Source: Terriglobia bacterium (GTDB lineage: Bacteria; Acidobacteriota; Terriglobia; Terriglobales; Acidobacteriaceae). From it: a stretch of 64,000 bases of DNA. Made by a program: the position numbers and the translations under genes. How positions within the stretch are numbered: position 1 is the stretch's first letter; the number at the start of each line of letters is the position of its first letter. This document shows positions 18,291 to 28,267 of this stretch, one piece after another. The stretch spans positions 382,387 to 446,386 of the forward strand of contig CAWCSH010000005.1 in NCBI GenBank assembly GCA_963798155.1. Direction: 5' to 3'. The notes beneath the pieces are model-generated. The model saw only the letters and a list, made by a program, of their open reading frames with translations. It searched no databases and was not told where the DNA came from.

Positions 18291-20544
18291 GCTGCGTAAT
18301 GGCCGGAATACCGGCTGCCGCTTCTGTGGCTACCGGCAACTCGATCACGAAACGGGCCCCCACGGGCTTGTTCTCCTCCACCCGAATCGAGCCGCGATGA
18401 TCTTCAATGATGCGGCTCACGATTGCCAGGCCCAGGCCGGTCCCCCGTTTTTTGGTGGAGAAATAAGGTAGAAAAAGGCGCTCTTTCAATTCCTGAGTCA
18501 CGCCATGGCCGCTGTCGGCGACCGTGATCTCAACTGCGTCATGGCTGGTGACCAGGGATGTAGAAATCTGAATTTCGCGCAACATGGAATCGTGAAGGGC
18601 TTCGGCGGCATTGTCCACAAGATTGGCCAGCGCACGTTTAATGGCCTCTGGATCCGCCATCACATTGGGGAGATCGGCGCCCAGCGAAGTCCGCACGCGG
18701 ATGTTGTCGAGCCGACCATTGAACATGGCGAGAGTGTTCTCGACGATGGAATTAATGTTCGAAGGCTGAGGCCGCGCCGCGGGAAAGCGCGCCAGTGTGG
18801 AGAACTCATCCACCAGGGTACGCACCGTCTCGACCGCCGCCGCTATGGTCTCGGCGCAACTCTGGAGAACCGAGGATGACGCAGCATCCGGCGGGGTGCC
18901 GCGTTCGAGGTGCCGGCGAATTCGCTCGGCCGACAGCGCAATCGGCGTGAGCGGATTCTTGATTTCGTGGGCCACCCGCCGCGCCACCTCCCGCCACGCG
19001 GCTTGGCGTTGCGCCTGCAGAAGGTCGCTCAGATCTTCGAACACTACGACATAGCCCAGGCCCTCGTCGTGGTGCTTCAGCGTGGCGACCGTCACTGCAA
19101 CGTTCAACTTATCTCCGGGCAGGTCCATCTCCATTTGCGTAGTGGTGGTCCCCATGCGCTCAGCCCGGCGCAGAAGCGGTTCAAGGTCTTCGACCACTTC
19201 CGGGGGGAAGATGTCGCGCAATGGAGCTCCGATCAGCACCCCGGGTTCCGCAGCATCGGCGCCACGCGGATGAAACAGCCGCAGCAACGCATGATTGGCG
19301 TGGGTCACACGCCGTTCCGCATCGAGAGATAGTACGCCGGTAGGAATGCTCTCGAGGATGGTCTCCATGTGCTGCCGGCGCTGGTCCACTGCGGCGTTGG
19401 CAGCAGCGAGCTCATGGCTCGAACTCTCGATCTGGCGCCGGCTCGATTCCAGCTCTTCTGCCATGCGATTGAAAGACCGGACGAGATCGCCAATTTCGTC
19501 CGCGGCGGGAACTTCGACGCGGTAGTCCAAACGGCCCCGGGAGATTTCCTGAGTAGCCTCCGCCAGCGCCGCCACCGGCCGCATCACCAGCTTGGAAAGG
19601 AACAGGGCCAGCCATGTGGTAGTGAACAGCACGAGGACGGTCAGCAGCAGCAGCCATTCCATGTAGGTACGCCGCACCAGTTTTCGCTGAGCAGCCAAAG
19701 CGAAGTACCGTCTCTGGCTGGATTCCACCTGGCGGACGGTTTCCGAGAACTCTTTCGGCAGCGGCATGGCGACAAGAATCATGCCGTGATTTCCCACCTG
19801 AGCCGCACCCAGCATGTAGTCAGTCTGGGCCCAGTTCAGGCCCGGCGGCTTAGTGCCCGGGGCGGCCAAGAGGTTCGCGGGAAGCCCGGTTTTCAACAAC
19901 GACCAGGGAGCAGGCAGGTTAAAACTGGCTTCGGCATTTCCTTCATAGACGGCTACGGCGAATCCGCCCTGGAGCGTAGGCTCGCGGCGGCGAAATTCCG
20001 CGACTACCGAGGAAAAACTGTGTCCCGCGAAAGCGTGTTGAATTTCCGGAGCTGAGGCGATGGACTGCGCCTCTGCCCGCGCATTCTGCGCCGCATAGTT
20101 CGACAGCAGAGACACCATGGCGTGGGTGTCTTCACGCACTTCCTCCACCGGCCGCGAAAACCACTTGTCGATAGAGCGGTTCATCAGTCCATAGGCGAAC
20201 CAGAACATGAAGATGACCGGCAGAAACGAAAGCAGCAGTCCGCCAATCACCAGGCGGGTGCGGAATTTTGACCCCAGAACTCCCAGGCGGCGCTCGGCAA
20301 ACAGCTTGATCAGGTTGCGCGCCAGAACGTACGTGAGCAACACGAACAGGAGAAAAATCAGCGCGGAAAGCCCGGCGAAAAATGCCAGCTGCTGGTTGGT
20401 ATCAGGATTAAGAAAATTCAGGTCGAACGACGTCTGCGAAACGATCACCGCAAACAGCAGAGTGACTCCGGCCGCAAGCAGATAAATCGCCTTCTTGCGG
20501 CGAGTGAGTTCGTCGGCAGGACGGTTTGTGCGGGGATCGGGCAC
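18280..20544 (-). CDS. ntrY: Sensor histidine kinase (NtrY-like: TM-HAMP-PAS-HisKA-HATPase)
   Basis: 754 aa. N-terminal transmembrane segments, a HAMP domain, an H-box AHEIKNPLTPI, and a C-terminal HATPase region GTGLGLAIV. Confidence 0.8.
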   Translation of the reverse strand: MPDPRTNRPADELTRRKKAIYLLAAGVTLLFAVIVSQTSFDLNFLNPDTNQQLAFFAGLSALIFLLFVLLTYVLARNLIKLFAERRLGVLGSKFRTRLVIGGLLLSFLPVIFMFWFAYGLMNRSIDKWFSRPVEEVREDTHAMVSLLSNYAAQNARAEAQSIASAPEIQHAFAGHSFSSVVAEFRRREPTLQGGFAVAVYEGNAEASFNLPAPWSLLKTGLPANLLAAPGTKPPGLNWAQTDYMLGAAQVGNHGMILVAMPLPKEFSETVRQVESSQRRYFALAAQRKLVRRTYMEWLLLLTVLVLFTTTWLALFLSKLVMRPVAALAEATQEISRGRLDYRVEVPAADEIGDLVRSFNRMAEELESSRRQIESSSHELAAANAAVDQRRQHMETILESIPTGVLSLDAERRVTHANHALLRLFHPRGADAAEPGVLIGAPLRDIFPPEVVEDLEPLLRRAERMGTTTTQMEMDLPGDKLNVAVTVATLKHHDEGLGYVVVFEDLSDLLQAQRQAAWREVARRVAHEIKNPLTPIALSAERIRRHLERGTPPDAASSSVLQSCAETIAAAVETVRTLVDEFSTLARFPAARPQPSNINSIVENTLAMFNGRLDNIRVRTSLGADLPNVMADPEAIKRALANLVDNAAEALHDSMLREIQISTSLVTSHDAVEITVADSGHGVTQELKERLFLPYFSTKKRGTGLGLAIVSRIIEDHRGSIRVEENKPVGARFVIELPVATEAAAGIPAITQHAS

Positions 20545-20674
20545 GTCATTTGCGGCCCGCAGCGGTCAATTGCGCGCACGCGGCTGGGCCGGATAATCCC
20601 TGATTATAAGCCGTTGAACATGGGGTCAGAGTATGCCCCAAGGTTCCCAGATGCCGCGGCGGCCGGGCAGGATG

Positions 20675-21775
20675 CTAATTCTGATCGTGTGACTGTGGGG
20701 CCAATTTGCGCGGCGAACCCGCGGCCAGAGCATTCTGCAGCGCGGTGTAAGCCGGCTTGGGGTGATACTGCTTGTCGAAGAGCAATGCATCACCCTTTTC
20801 GTAGTGGGTGAAGCGGTCGATCCAGGAATATTTGTCGGTAAATCCCCAGGTCTGAATTGCGGTGCAGCCAGGGCTTTTGAGGCATACCTCGGCTATCCAC
20901 CGATAGATTTCGGCCTGGCGCTGCAAATCGGCAGGATCGAGGGGTTCGCCGCGAGCGTTCACCGGGACGGCCACATCTATTTCAGTAATGTGAATCTGAA
21001 GTCCGAGGGCGGTGAAGCGCGCGATGTTTCGTCCGATCGAATCGATCTCCGGATTCAAGTCGAGAATGTGCATCTGCAACCCGATGCCGTCGAGGGGGAT
21101 GCCCCGCTGCCGGAAGTCTTTCGCCATTTTGTAGATCGCGTCAGACTTGCGGTTGATGGCTTCAGCGCCGGCGTCATTGTAGAAAAGCAGTGCGTCGGGA
21201 TCGGCCTGGTGCGCCCACTGCAGAGCTTGCTCGATGTACCCTGTCCCTATATCTGCCATTCCGATGCCGGGCTGGTTGTACCAGAGGGAGTTGCGCAATT
21301 CACCGTTTTCGTCGAAGGCCTCATTCACCACGTCCCAGGCAAACACTTTGTCTTTGAAATGAGTGACCACCCGATTGATGTGCTCATGCAAGAGCTGTGA
21401 CAGCCGCTCGGGAGTCTGGATGTCGTGAGCAATCCAGTTCGGGTTGTACTGGTTCCAGACTAGAGTGTGACCTCGAACTTTCATGTTGTGCTCGCGAGCG
21501 AACTCGACAATGCGGTCGGCCGCGGCAAAGTCAAATGTGTTTCGGTCCGGGCGCAACATGTGCCACTTCATGGCGTCTTCCGCTTCCACCATGTTGAACT
21601 CGCGCCCGAGCGTTCCTGTATAGGCAGGTTCCGAAAGGTAAACGGGATTGACCGCCGTGCCGATAAGAATGCCGTCACGATCCGCGGATTGCCTGAGCGA
21701 CTGGGCGAAACAAGCAGAGGAGAATCCCACGAAAATAAGTATGAGAAGCGGCAATCGAGACTCGCGGAAGTTCAT
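20675..21775 (-). CDS. Secreted endo-1,4-beta-xylanase, glycoside hydrolase family 10
   Basis: Signal peptide. GH10 hallmarks include WDVVNEA (acid/base) and ITEIDV (nucleophile region). Confidence 0.85.
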   Translation of the reverse strand: MNFRESRLPLLILIFVGFSSACFAQSLRQSADRDGILIGTAVNPVYLSEPAYTGTLGREFNMVEAEDAMKWHMLRPDRNTFDFAAADRIVEFAREHNMKVRGHTLVWNQYNPNWIAHDIQTPERLSQLLHEHINRVVTHFKDKVFAWDVVNEAFDENGELRNSLWYNQPGIGMADIGTGYIEQALQWAHQADPDALLFYNDAGAEAINRKSDAIYKMAKDFRQRGIPLDGIGLQMHILDLNPEIDSIGRNIARFTALGLQIHITEIDVAVPVNARGEPLDPADLQRQAEIYRWIAEVCLKSPGCTAIQTWGFTDKYSWIDRFTHYEKGDALLFDKQYHPKPAYTALQNALAAGSPRKLAPQSHDQN

Positions 21776-21790
21776 GATGGCCTCGAAAAA

Positions 21791-22615
21791 CTATCTGACT
21801 CTGGGCAGAAATGCCTGTAAAGGGCATTGATCACATTTCGGCTGTGACTTCAGGCAGTAGTTCTTGCCTACCCCGACGATCAGACCGTGCATATCGTTGT
21901 AGATCTGCGCCAGCGGGGTTCTTCTGGCGAGGCTCATAGCCGAAGGAGCATGGCAAGTGCCTGGTGCGCCCCGCAAGGAAGGCGCGACTGCACGAGCTGA
22001 ATCCTCCGCGTCGTGGTCAGCCCCAGGTGCCAATAGCGAGGGGGCTGCCGCCAACGCTCGTTCGCAGAAGGCGCGAATTTCCTCATACGGAGCATTCGCT
22101 GGCAACAGGCCGTGGCGCTCAAGGATTCGCCGGGTGTAAGCGTCCACCACAAATACCGGGTGCTGCCCGGCATAGAGCAGGATGGAATCCGCGGTCTCCG
22201 GTCCTACTCCTTCGAGCGCCAAGAGTTCCGGCCGCAGCACTTCGGTGGGCTGCGCAAACATTTGGCTCAGTGACCCGCAATAGTGTTTGTCGAGGAACTG
22301 GATGAATAACTTCAGCCGTCGCGCTTTCTGTCGAAAATACCCAGCAGACCGGACCATGGTTTCCAGGCGCGACAGAGGCATGGCGCGCATCGCCGCCAGG
22401 GTAAGAGACCGATGCACCCGCAGGCGTTCTAGCGCGAGTTCGACGTTGGTCCAGGAAGTGTTTTGGGTAAGGTACGCACCGACAATGACTTCAAAGCGGC
22501 TGTGGGCAGGCCACCAGTGCTGGCATCCCCACTTTCGATACAGAACGGCGAAGTAGGTCCGGAGGTCTGTTTCCGCTACTCGTAACGAACGATGCGGTTT
22601 TGCGAGTACGGCCAC
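21791..22615 (-). CDS. HhH-GPD base-excision DNA glycosylase (endonuclease III-like)
   Basis: Helix-hairpin-helix GPD region (LEGVGPETADSILLY). The C-terminal Cys cluster (CxxxxxxCxxC) suggests a 4Fe-4S cluster. Confidence 0.7.
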   Translation of the reverse strand: MAVLAKPHRSLRVAETDLRTYFAVLYRKWGCQHWWPAHSRFEVIVGAYLTQNTSWTNVELALERLRVHRSLTLAAMRAMPLSRLETMVRSAGYFRQKARRLKLFIQFLDKHYCGSLSQMFAQPTEVLRPELLALEGVGPETADSILLYAGQHPVFVVDAYTRRILERHGLLPANAPYEEIRAFCERALAAAPSLLAPGADHDAEDSARAVAPSLRGAPGTCHAPSAMSLARRTPLAQIYNDMHGLIVGVGKNYCLKSQPKCDQCPLQAFLPRVR

Positions 22616-22651
22616 TCCTGCAGGATAGCGCTTCAGCGCGATGCAGACCGC

Positions 22652-23326
22652 TTATTCCAGTCCGGCCTGCACCACGTGAACGATGTTGTTGCGCACCGCG
22701 TAAAGCACCAGATCGCTGACCGAGTGAAGTTGCAGCTTCCGCATGATGTTCGAGCGGTGAGTTTCAGCAGTCTTCACACTCAGCCCTAGAGCGACCGCAA
22801 CCTCCTTGGTGCTCTTGCCCTCGGCCAGTAGCTGCACGATCTCGCGTTCCCGCGGAGTCAGGCGGTTGCGGCCGGGCGAAGGAATGGTATTGCCGGTGCC
22901 GCCTTTGAGATAGCCTTCCAGCACCATGGCAGCCACCTTGGAAGTGAAATATGTCTTGTCACGACGTAAAGCCTCGACCGCCGCCACCAGGTCGCGGGCT
23001 GCGTCCGATTTCAATAGAAAGCCCCGGGCACCAGCGTTCAGAACTTCGCGCACCACCTGGTCGGAATCGTGCAATGTCAGGATCAGAACCTTGGTCTGCG
23101 GGTTGGTTTTGAGAATCTGGCGGGCTGCTTCCAGGCCGTTTAACGTGGGCATGCCGATATCGAGGATCACAACATCGGGTTTCAGTTGCTGGGCCTTGTC
23201 TACTGCGTCGCGGCCATCGCCGGCTTCAGCGCAGACTTCCCAGTCAGCCTGTGCTTGCAGAAGGGCGCAAAGACCTTTTCGTACCACTTCGTGATCATCA
23301 GCGACTAGGATGCGGAAATTTGCCAA
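22652..23326 (-). CDS. LuxR/NarL-family response regulator (REC + LuxR HTH)
   Basis: ILVADDHEVVRKGL...DVVILDIGMP, and a C-terminal LuxR-type HTH (REREIVQLLAEGKSTKEVAVALGLSVKTAETH). Confidence 0.85.
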   Translation of the reverse strand: MANFRILVADDHEVVRKGLCALLQAQADWEVCAEAGDGRDAVDKAQQLKPDVVILDIGMPTLNGLEAARQILKTNPQTKVLILTLHDSDQVVREVLNAGARGFLLKSDAARDLVAAVEALRRDKTYFTSKVAAMVLEGYLKGGTGNTIPSPGRNRLTPREREIVQLLAEGKSTKEVAVALGLSVKTAETHRSNIMRKLQLHSVSDLVLYAVRNNIVHVVQAGLE

Positions 23327-24250
23327 GATTCACCTCCGGAGCGGTTGGCCCCCACATGGTACTCAACCTTCGGTTGAAGTCAACCGAAGAAAACTGCCTT
23401 CTTACCTTGTGCAGAAAACTGTGGTACCCGAAACCTGGTTACTTTTCTTTAGCTACAGCACTGGAGTTGCCAAACCTGTAATCTCTTGCAAACTGGTGTT
23501 GCCGTTGCCCGCAGAGCCTTGCAAAAGTGTAAATGTTACTGTGCGACAGAACCAAAAGTTTCTTCCGCAAGAACCATCCCCACGCCAGGCCCTTCCGAGT
23601 TCGATGCGTCTCGCCCACCGAAAGAAGCAGTGGATTTCTCATCAGCAGTTGTGTGGTTCCGCATGCTTCTCTTTTAATGCACTAAGGTCCCCAAGATCGG
23701 GCATTTCACCCTGTTCCGAGATGGGAACAATGCGCAATCCGCGCCGTGGCTCTAAAACCAGAGTCATGCTACTGGCACACTGGCCGCACAGCCAAAAGTG
23801 CGAGGTCTGGCGCTGCGGTTTCTCGTCAAACGCCTGGGTCATATCGTCGCTGGCGGCGACCGAAATCGATACCACTTCAAATTGGAAAAGCCGGCCCTCG
23901 CTGAAAGAATGCAGGGGCGCGCAACACGACGGGTTCACACACTGGGCAACCATTACTCCTCGCAAATCGGACCTGTTATTCAGCATTTATCAGCGGACAC
24001 TTCGCTTAAAACTGCCCCCACTTCCTCGACATCTAGGGGCAGGAATGCAAGGTTGACGATATGGGCAATCCCCTACTAAACCAATACAGTGTTGACTGTA
24101 TTTTGAGCAAAGAAAATACCCTCCCGGCTCCATTACTGGTGGTGCTTAGCCCGCCATTCGGACCCTTGGAGTCAGTCGCCACATTTCCGGCGCGATTTCG
24201 GGAAGGACCGGGGGCAAACAGGCTGTGAAGCCAGAACATCTCAGCCCTCC
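23327..24250. promoter_or_regulatory. ~0.9-kb divergent intergenic region between the LuxR response regulator (-) and udgX (+). It contains only one small Cys-rich ORF.
   Basis: No long ORF with family similarity. It probably holds divergent promoters; individual elements are not resolved. Confidence 0.25.
23642..23986 (-). CDS. Hypothetical Cys4 (split zinc-ribbon-like) small protein, with a paralog near 34 kb
   Basis: 114 aa with CVNPSCC...FQFEV and WLCGQCASSMTL. The same two motif blocks recur at 33.9-34.3 kb (CANPACS...FQVET and WLCDACCASMTL). Confidence 0.4.
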   Translation of the reverse strand: MLNNRSDLRGVMVAQCVNPSCCAPLHSFSEGRLFQFEVVSISVAASDDMTQAFDEKPQRQTSHFWLCGQCASSMTLVLEPRRGLRIVPISEQGEMPDLGDLSALKEKHAEPHNC

Positions 24251-24976
24251 ATGGATTCACCCCGTCCAAGGAAGCGCACTTCCCCAGCAGGAAGAGCAGA
24301 AAAGGCAGAAAGGAAGCATGGCGTGGCAGAGGCATCCGGGACCGCCGCTCCTTTGATTCCCCCGCGACCGAGCCTTCCGAAATTGCGTGCCGCTGCAGCT
24401 GAGTGCAAGGCTTGCGATCTGTGGCGGCATGCCACCCAAACCGTGTTTGGTGAAGGCCGGTCGGGAGCACGAATCCTCCTGGTCGGTGAACAACCCGGCG
24501 ACCGAGAAGATCGTGAGGGCTTGCCCTTTGTCGGTCCTGCCGGAGGGCTTCTCGACCGCGCCTTGGCAGAAGCAGGCATCGACCGCAACGAAACCTACGT
24601 CACCAACGCCGTGAAGCATTTCAAATGGGAAGCTCGTGGCAAGAAGCGGATTCACAAGAAGCCGCGCTATTCAGAGATCCGCGCCTGCCGTCCCTGGCTG
24701 GAAGCTGAGATCGCCGTGGTCAAGCCCGAAGTGGTGGTGTGCCTGGGGGCGACCGCGGCGCAGACTTTATTGGGACGGGATTTCAGCGTCCTCCGCCGGC
24801 GCGGAGAAGTGGTGAAATCTGAAATTGTTCCGGGAATTGTGATGATGGCAACCGTGCACCCCTCTTCGATTCTTCGCGCCCCCAGCGATGCAGCCCGTCA
24901 CGAGCAGTTCCACGCCTTCGTGAACGATCTGAAGAAAGTTGCGCAGCTTCTGCGGCCGGGCAGGTCTGCCGCCTAG
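24251..24976 (+). CDS. Family-4 uracil-DNA glycosylase, UdgX-like
   Basis: Motif A GEQPG, the KRIH loop (GKKRIHKKP), motif B HPSSILR, and the N-terminal CKAC. The combination GEQPG + KRIH + HPSS is what I recall as characteristic of UdgX rather than ordinary family-4 UDG. It has a roughly 55-aa basic N-terminal extension. Confidence 0.75.
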   Translation: MDSPRPRKRTSPAGRAEKAERKHGVAEASGTAAPLIPPRPSLPKLRAAAAECKACDLWRHATQTVFGEGRSGARILLVGEQPGDREDREGLPFVGPAGGLLDRALAEAGIDRNETYVTNAVKHFKWEARGKKRIHKKPRYSEIRACRPWLEAEIAVVKPEVVVCLGATAAQTLLGRDFSVLRRRGEVVKSEIVPGIVMMATVHPSSILRAPSDAARHEQFHAFVNDLKKVAQLLRPGRSAA

Positions 24977-25028
24977 AGGGTTGCGCCATCGGCAGTATCC
25001 CGATCTTCTCGGTCTGCGGGTACGAGGT

Positions 25029-26403
25029 TCAGCTGGATTCAAGGCGCAGCGCGCTAAGATCGATTCCTAACTGTTCGGCCTTTTTGTAGAGATGGCTGCG
25101 TTCCACTCCTAACGCTTTCGCAGTGTTGGTGATGTGATTGTGCTGGCGCTTCAATTCCGCCAGCACTGTCTCCCGCTCGAATTCCTGCACTCGCGCGGTC
25201 AGTGAACCGGAAGAAGTGGAAGCAGAAACTCCAGCCGGCGCGGCAGGTAGCGCGGACTCCACGGTTTGCTGTGTGACTGATGATTCGGTTGCGAGCAGCA
25301 TCAGTCGTTCCACCACATTGCGCAGTTCACGAATGTTTCCCGGCCATGGATAATCCCGCAGCGCCTCAATCGCCTGCGGCGCAAACGCAACCGGCTTCCA
25401 GTCGTTCTGCGCGCACACCTGCGCGGCAAAATGTTGCACTAGCGACGGAATGTCTTCGCGGCGCTCACGCAACGGAGGAAGCGTCAGCGGAAAGACATAC
25501 ACACGGTGAAACAGATCCTGGCGAAACTTTCCCTCCCGGACCAGCGCCTCGAGATTGCGGTGAGTCGCGACCACGACCCGCACATCCACCTTAATCGGCC
25601 GGTCGCCCCCGATGCGTTCCACTTCGCCTTCTTCCAGCACCCGCAGCAGCTTGGCCTGCATGGGCAGCGGCATATCGCCGATTTCGTCGAGAAAGAGAGT
25701 TCCGCGCTCGGCCTGCTCAAATTTGCCGGTATGCCGTCCCGCCGCCCCGGTGAAGGAGCCCTTCTCGTGGCCGAACAGTTCCGACTCGATGAGTTCCGCT
25801 GGAACCGCGGCGCAGTTCAGCGCCACAAACGGCCCGGAAGACCGCGGACTGTGCTGGTGCAGGCTGCGGGCGATGAGTTCCTTGCCGGTGCCCGTCTCTC
25901 CCAGAATGCAGACGCGGGTCTCGCTTGCGGCCACGCGTTCCACCTGCGCCATCAGTCTGCGCATGGTGTCACCCGCGAAACAATTTCATGCTTCCCCAGC
26001 CGCTTTCGCAGATCGCGGTTTTCCGCTTCGAGCCGCCGCAGCTTGAGAACGCTCTCGACCGTCAGCAGAAGTTTGTCGGTTGAAATCGGCTTTTCCAGAA
26101 AATCGAGTGCGCCCAGCCTCGTGGCTCGCACCGCCATCTCAATGTGCGCCTGTCCCGACATCATGACAACAGGCGCCGCGACGCCCTGGGCTTTCAGATC
26201 CTCGAGAAGCGAGAGTCCGTCTTTCCCGGCATCACCACGTCGGAAAAGATAAGGTCGAAATCCTGCGAGCGGGCGAGATCAAGCGCCTTCGCGGCGCTGT
26301 CGCAAACCGTGGCCTCGTGGCCGGCAATGCGGAAGGCGCGGGAAAGGGAAGCCAGGGTGTTGGCTTCGTCATCCACGATCAGCAGGTGCGCTTTTGCAGG
26401 CAA
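25029..26403 (-). pseudogene. Second sigma-54-dependent response regulator (NtrX-like), split into 3 ORFs by two single-base frameshifts
   Basis: Three pieces: REC N-terminus (26194..26403), REC C-terminus plus linker (25952..26164), and AAA+ plus HTH (25029..25964). Adding one base to the homopolymers at 26221-26223 and 25972-25974 restores a continuous NtrX-like protein. Confidence 0.8.
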
Positions 26404-26482
26404 GAGGTTTCCTCAAGAAACTGTATTGCTGCGGCTGTTATCCGTGCTGCCGCCACTTTCGGCCAGCAGCAGCTTGTCCATA

Positions 26483-28267
26483 TTACCCGGCAACTCGATG
26501 GAAAAGGTGGTCCCCTTGCCCGGCTTCGCTGTGCACGCTGATGCGGCCTCCGTGATCGCTGACCACCGACTGAACGATGGCGAGGCCGAGCCCGGTACCG
26601 TGTTCCTTGCTCGTGTAATACGGAGTGAACAAGCGCTCGCACTCTTCGCGCGTCAGCCCCGAGCCGGTGTCTGCAACCTCAATGTACGCAAGATTGCCGC
26701 CGGCGCGAGTGCGCAGCGTCAGGGTGCCGCCCTGCGGCATGGCATCCATCGCGTTCAGAACCAGATTCGATACCGCACGGTGCAGCAGCTCCGGATCAGC
26801 CGCGATTGGGCGCATGTCGATTCGCCAGCTCCAGCCTGCATTCGATCACGGGACGCGCCGGAGCATTCAGCTGGGCTTGCAGCAAACGCGCCATGCTGCT
26901 GACGATTTCATTGGTATCGACCCGTTGCCACTGCGGCTGGGGCATCCGTGAAAATTCGCTGAAGCGGGAGACGATGGCTTTGAGATTGGCAATTTCGGCC
27001 AGCATGGTGGCCGAGCTCTCCTGGAAAACTTCATCAAACAGTTCCGGACTCTGCTGGCGCGCGCGCGGCGAGGTTCTCTACCGTGAGTTGCAGCGGGAAT
27101 AGCGGATTCTTCAGCTCATGCGCGAGCCGGCGGGCGAGTTCCCGCCAAGCGGCGACGCGCTCCGCCTGTACCAGGTGCTCGCGCTGCTGCCGCAGGTCTT
27201 CTGTCATGTGGTTGAAAGTCCGCGCCAGCTCGCCCATTTCGTCGGAAGATTCGACCGGGGCCTGAGCGTACCAATTACCGAGTGCCACTTCACGCGCCGC
27301 CTCAGCGAGCCGTTCCACCGGACGCGTTACTCGCGCCGCCGCCCAACTGCTGAACAGAATCGCAAGCACAATGCCCGCTCCCGCCGACCAGTAGAGCCGC
27401 CGACTGTATGCGCTGGCGAAGTTGAACATAAGTGCGCCGCGAGCTGCCCACCAGCAGAATTCCCAGCACCTGATCGCCCTGTCCGGTAAGCGGGATGGCA
27501 TGTACCGTCTCATCGTCCGCCGCATCGGATGACCAGTGCAGCAGAGCGCTCGTCGCCTGATGCCGCTGCTGAACTTCCTGAATCAAGCCCTTCAGCTTTT
27601 CGGGATGCGCGAGATTCTCCCCCGAGCCAAACAGATTTCCGCTGGAAAAAGCCGGCGTCAGGTTTGCGTAGAACATCGCGCGCATGCCGGCGGGAAGCTC
27701 CAGGCTGGCGAGAAATTCCTTGTCAAGACGGCTGCCGCCAACCACGCGCAGCGGAGTGTCGCCGACATCCACTTCACGCTCGGCAAACAGGCCGAGCACT
27801 GCTCCATCCGGCAATTCCTCCTGCTTCAAAAACGGTTCCTTGGGAACGAGCGCGGGAAGCGAGTCCTCTTTGTATCCAAACTTGGCCGGCCATTGCGCGG
27901 AAGAGATGATGGTCCCGTCCGCCGTGATGAACTCGAGGAAATCGAGTTGCTGGCTGTCGGCAATGGTTCTTGCCGAGTTCAGAAAGGCGCCGTAGTCGGG
28001 AGAGCCGTGGCTCAGGGCGAGCGCCATGCGAGTGGTGGAGTCACTCTCCGCAATGGCCTCCACGCGGCGCGCCACATCTTCGCCGCGGCGATCGAATTCA
28101 TGACGAAATTGTGCCACCAGCGCGCTGGTGAGCTCTTCGTTGGACTGCTCAAAAGCCCTTCGGGTGGCCGTGGAGACGAACCACGCCACCGCCGCCACTG
28201 AGAGGATTACGGTCAGCGCAAACACCAGCAGCAGCTTGCGGCGAAAGCTCATGGCGCGGCCAGCCAT
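26483..28267 (-). pseudogene. Sensor histidine kinase (periplasmic sensor-TM-HAMP-HisKA-HATPase), split into 4 or more ORF fragments
   Basis: Four fragments: 27302..28267 (TM + periplasmic domain), 27034..27525 (HAMP + H-box HELKNPL), 26796..27005, and 26483..26815 (HATPase GTGLGLAIV). Its C-terminus overlaps the response regulator start region. Confidence 0.75.

Noticed and set aside
16977-18299. 440-aa + strand ORF antisense to ntrX; similar long antisense ORFs at 59011..60255, 51693..52712, 19369..20055, 10053..10736 (-), 14536..15156 (-), 30871..31866 and 36596..37345
   Set aside because: Each lies opposite a gene with clear family motifs and has no recognisable domains. Such ORFs are an expected GC-rich codon-bias artefact.
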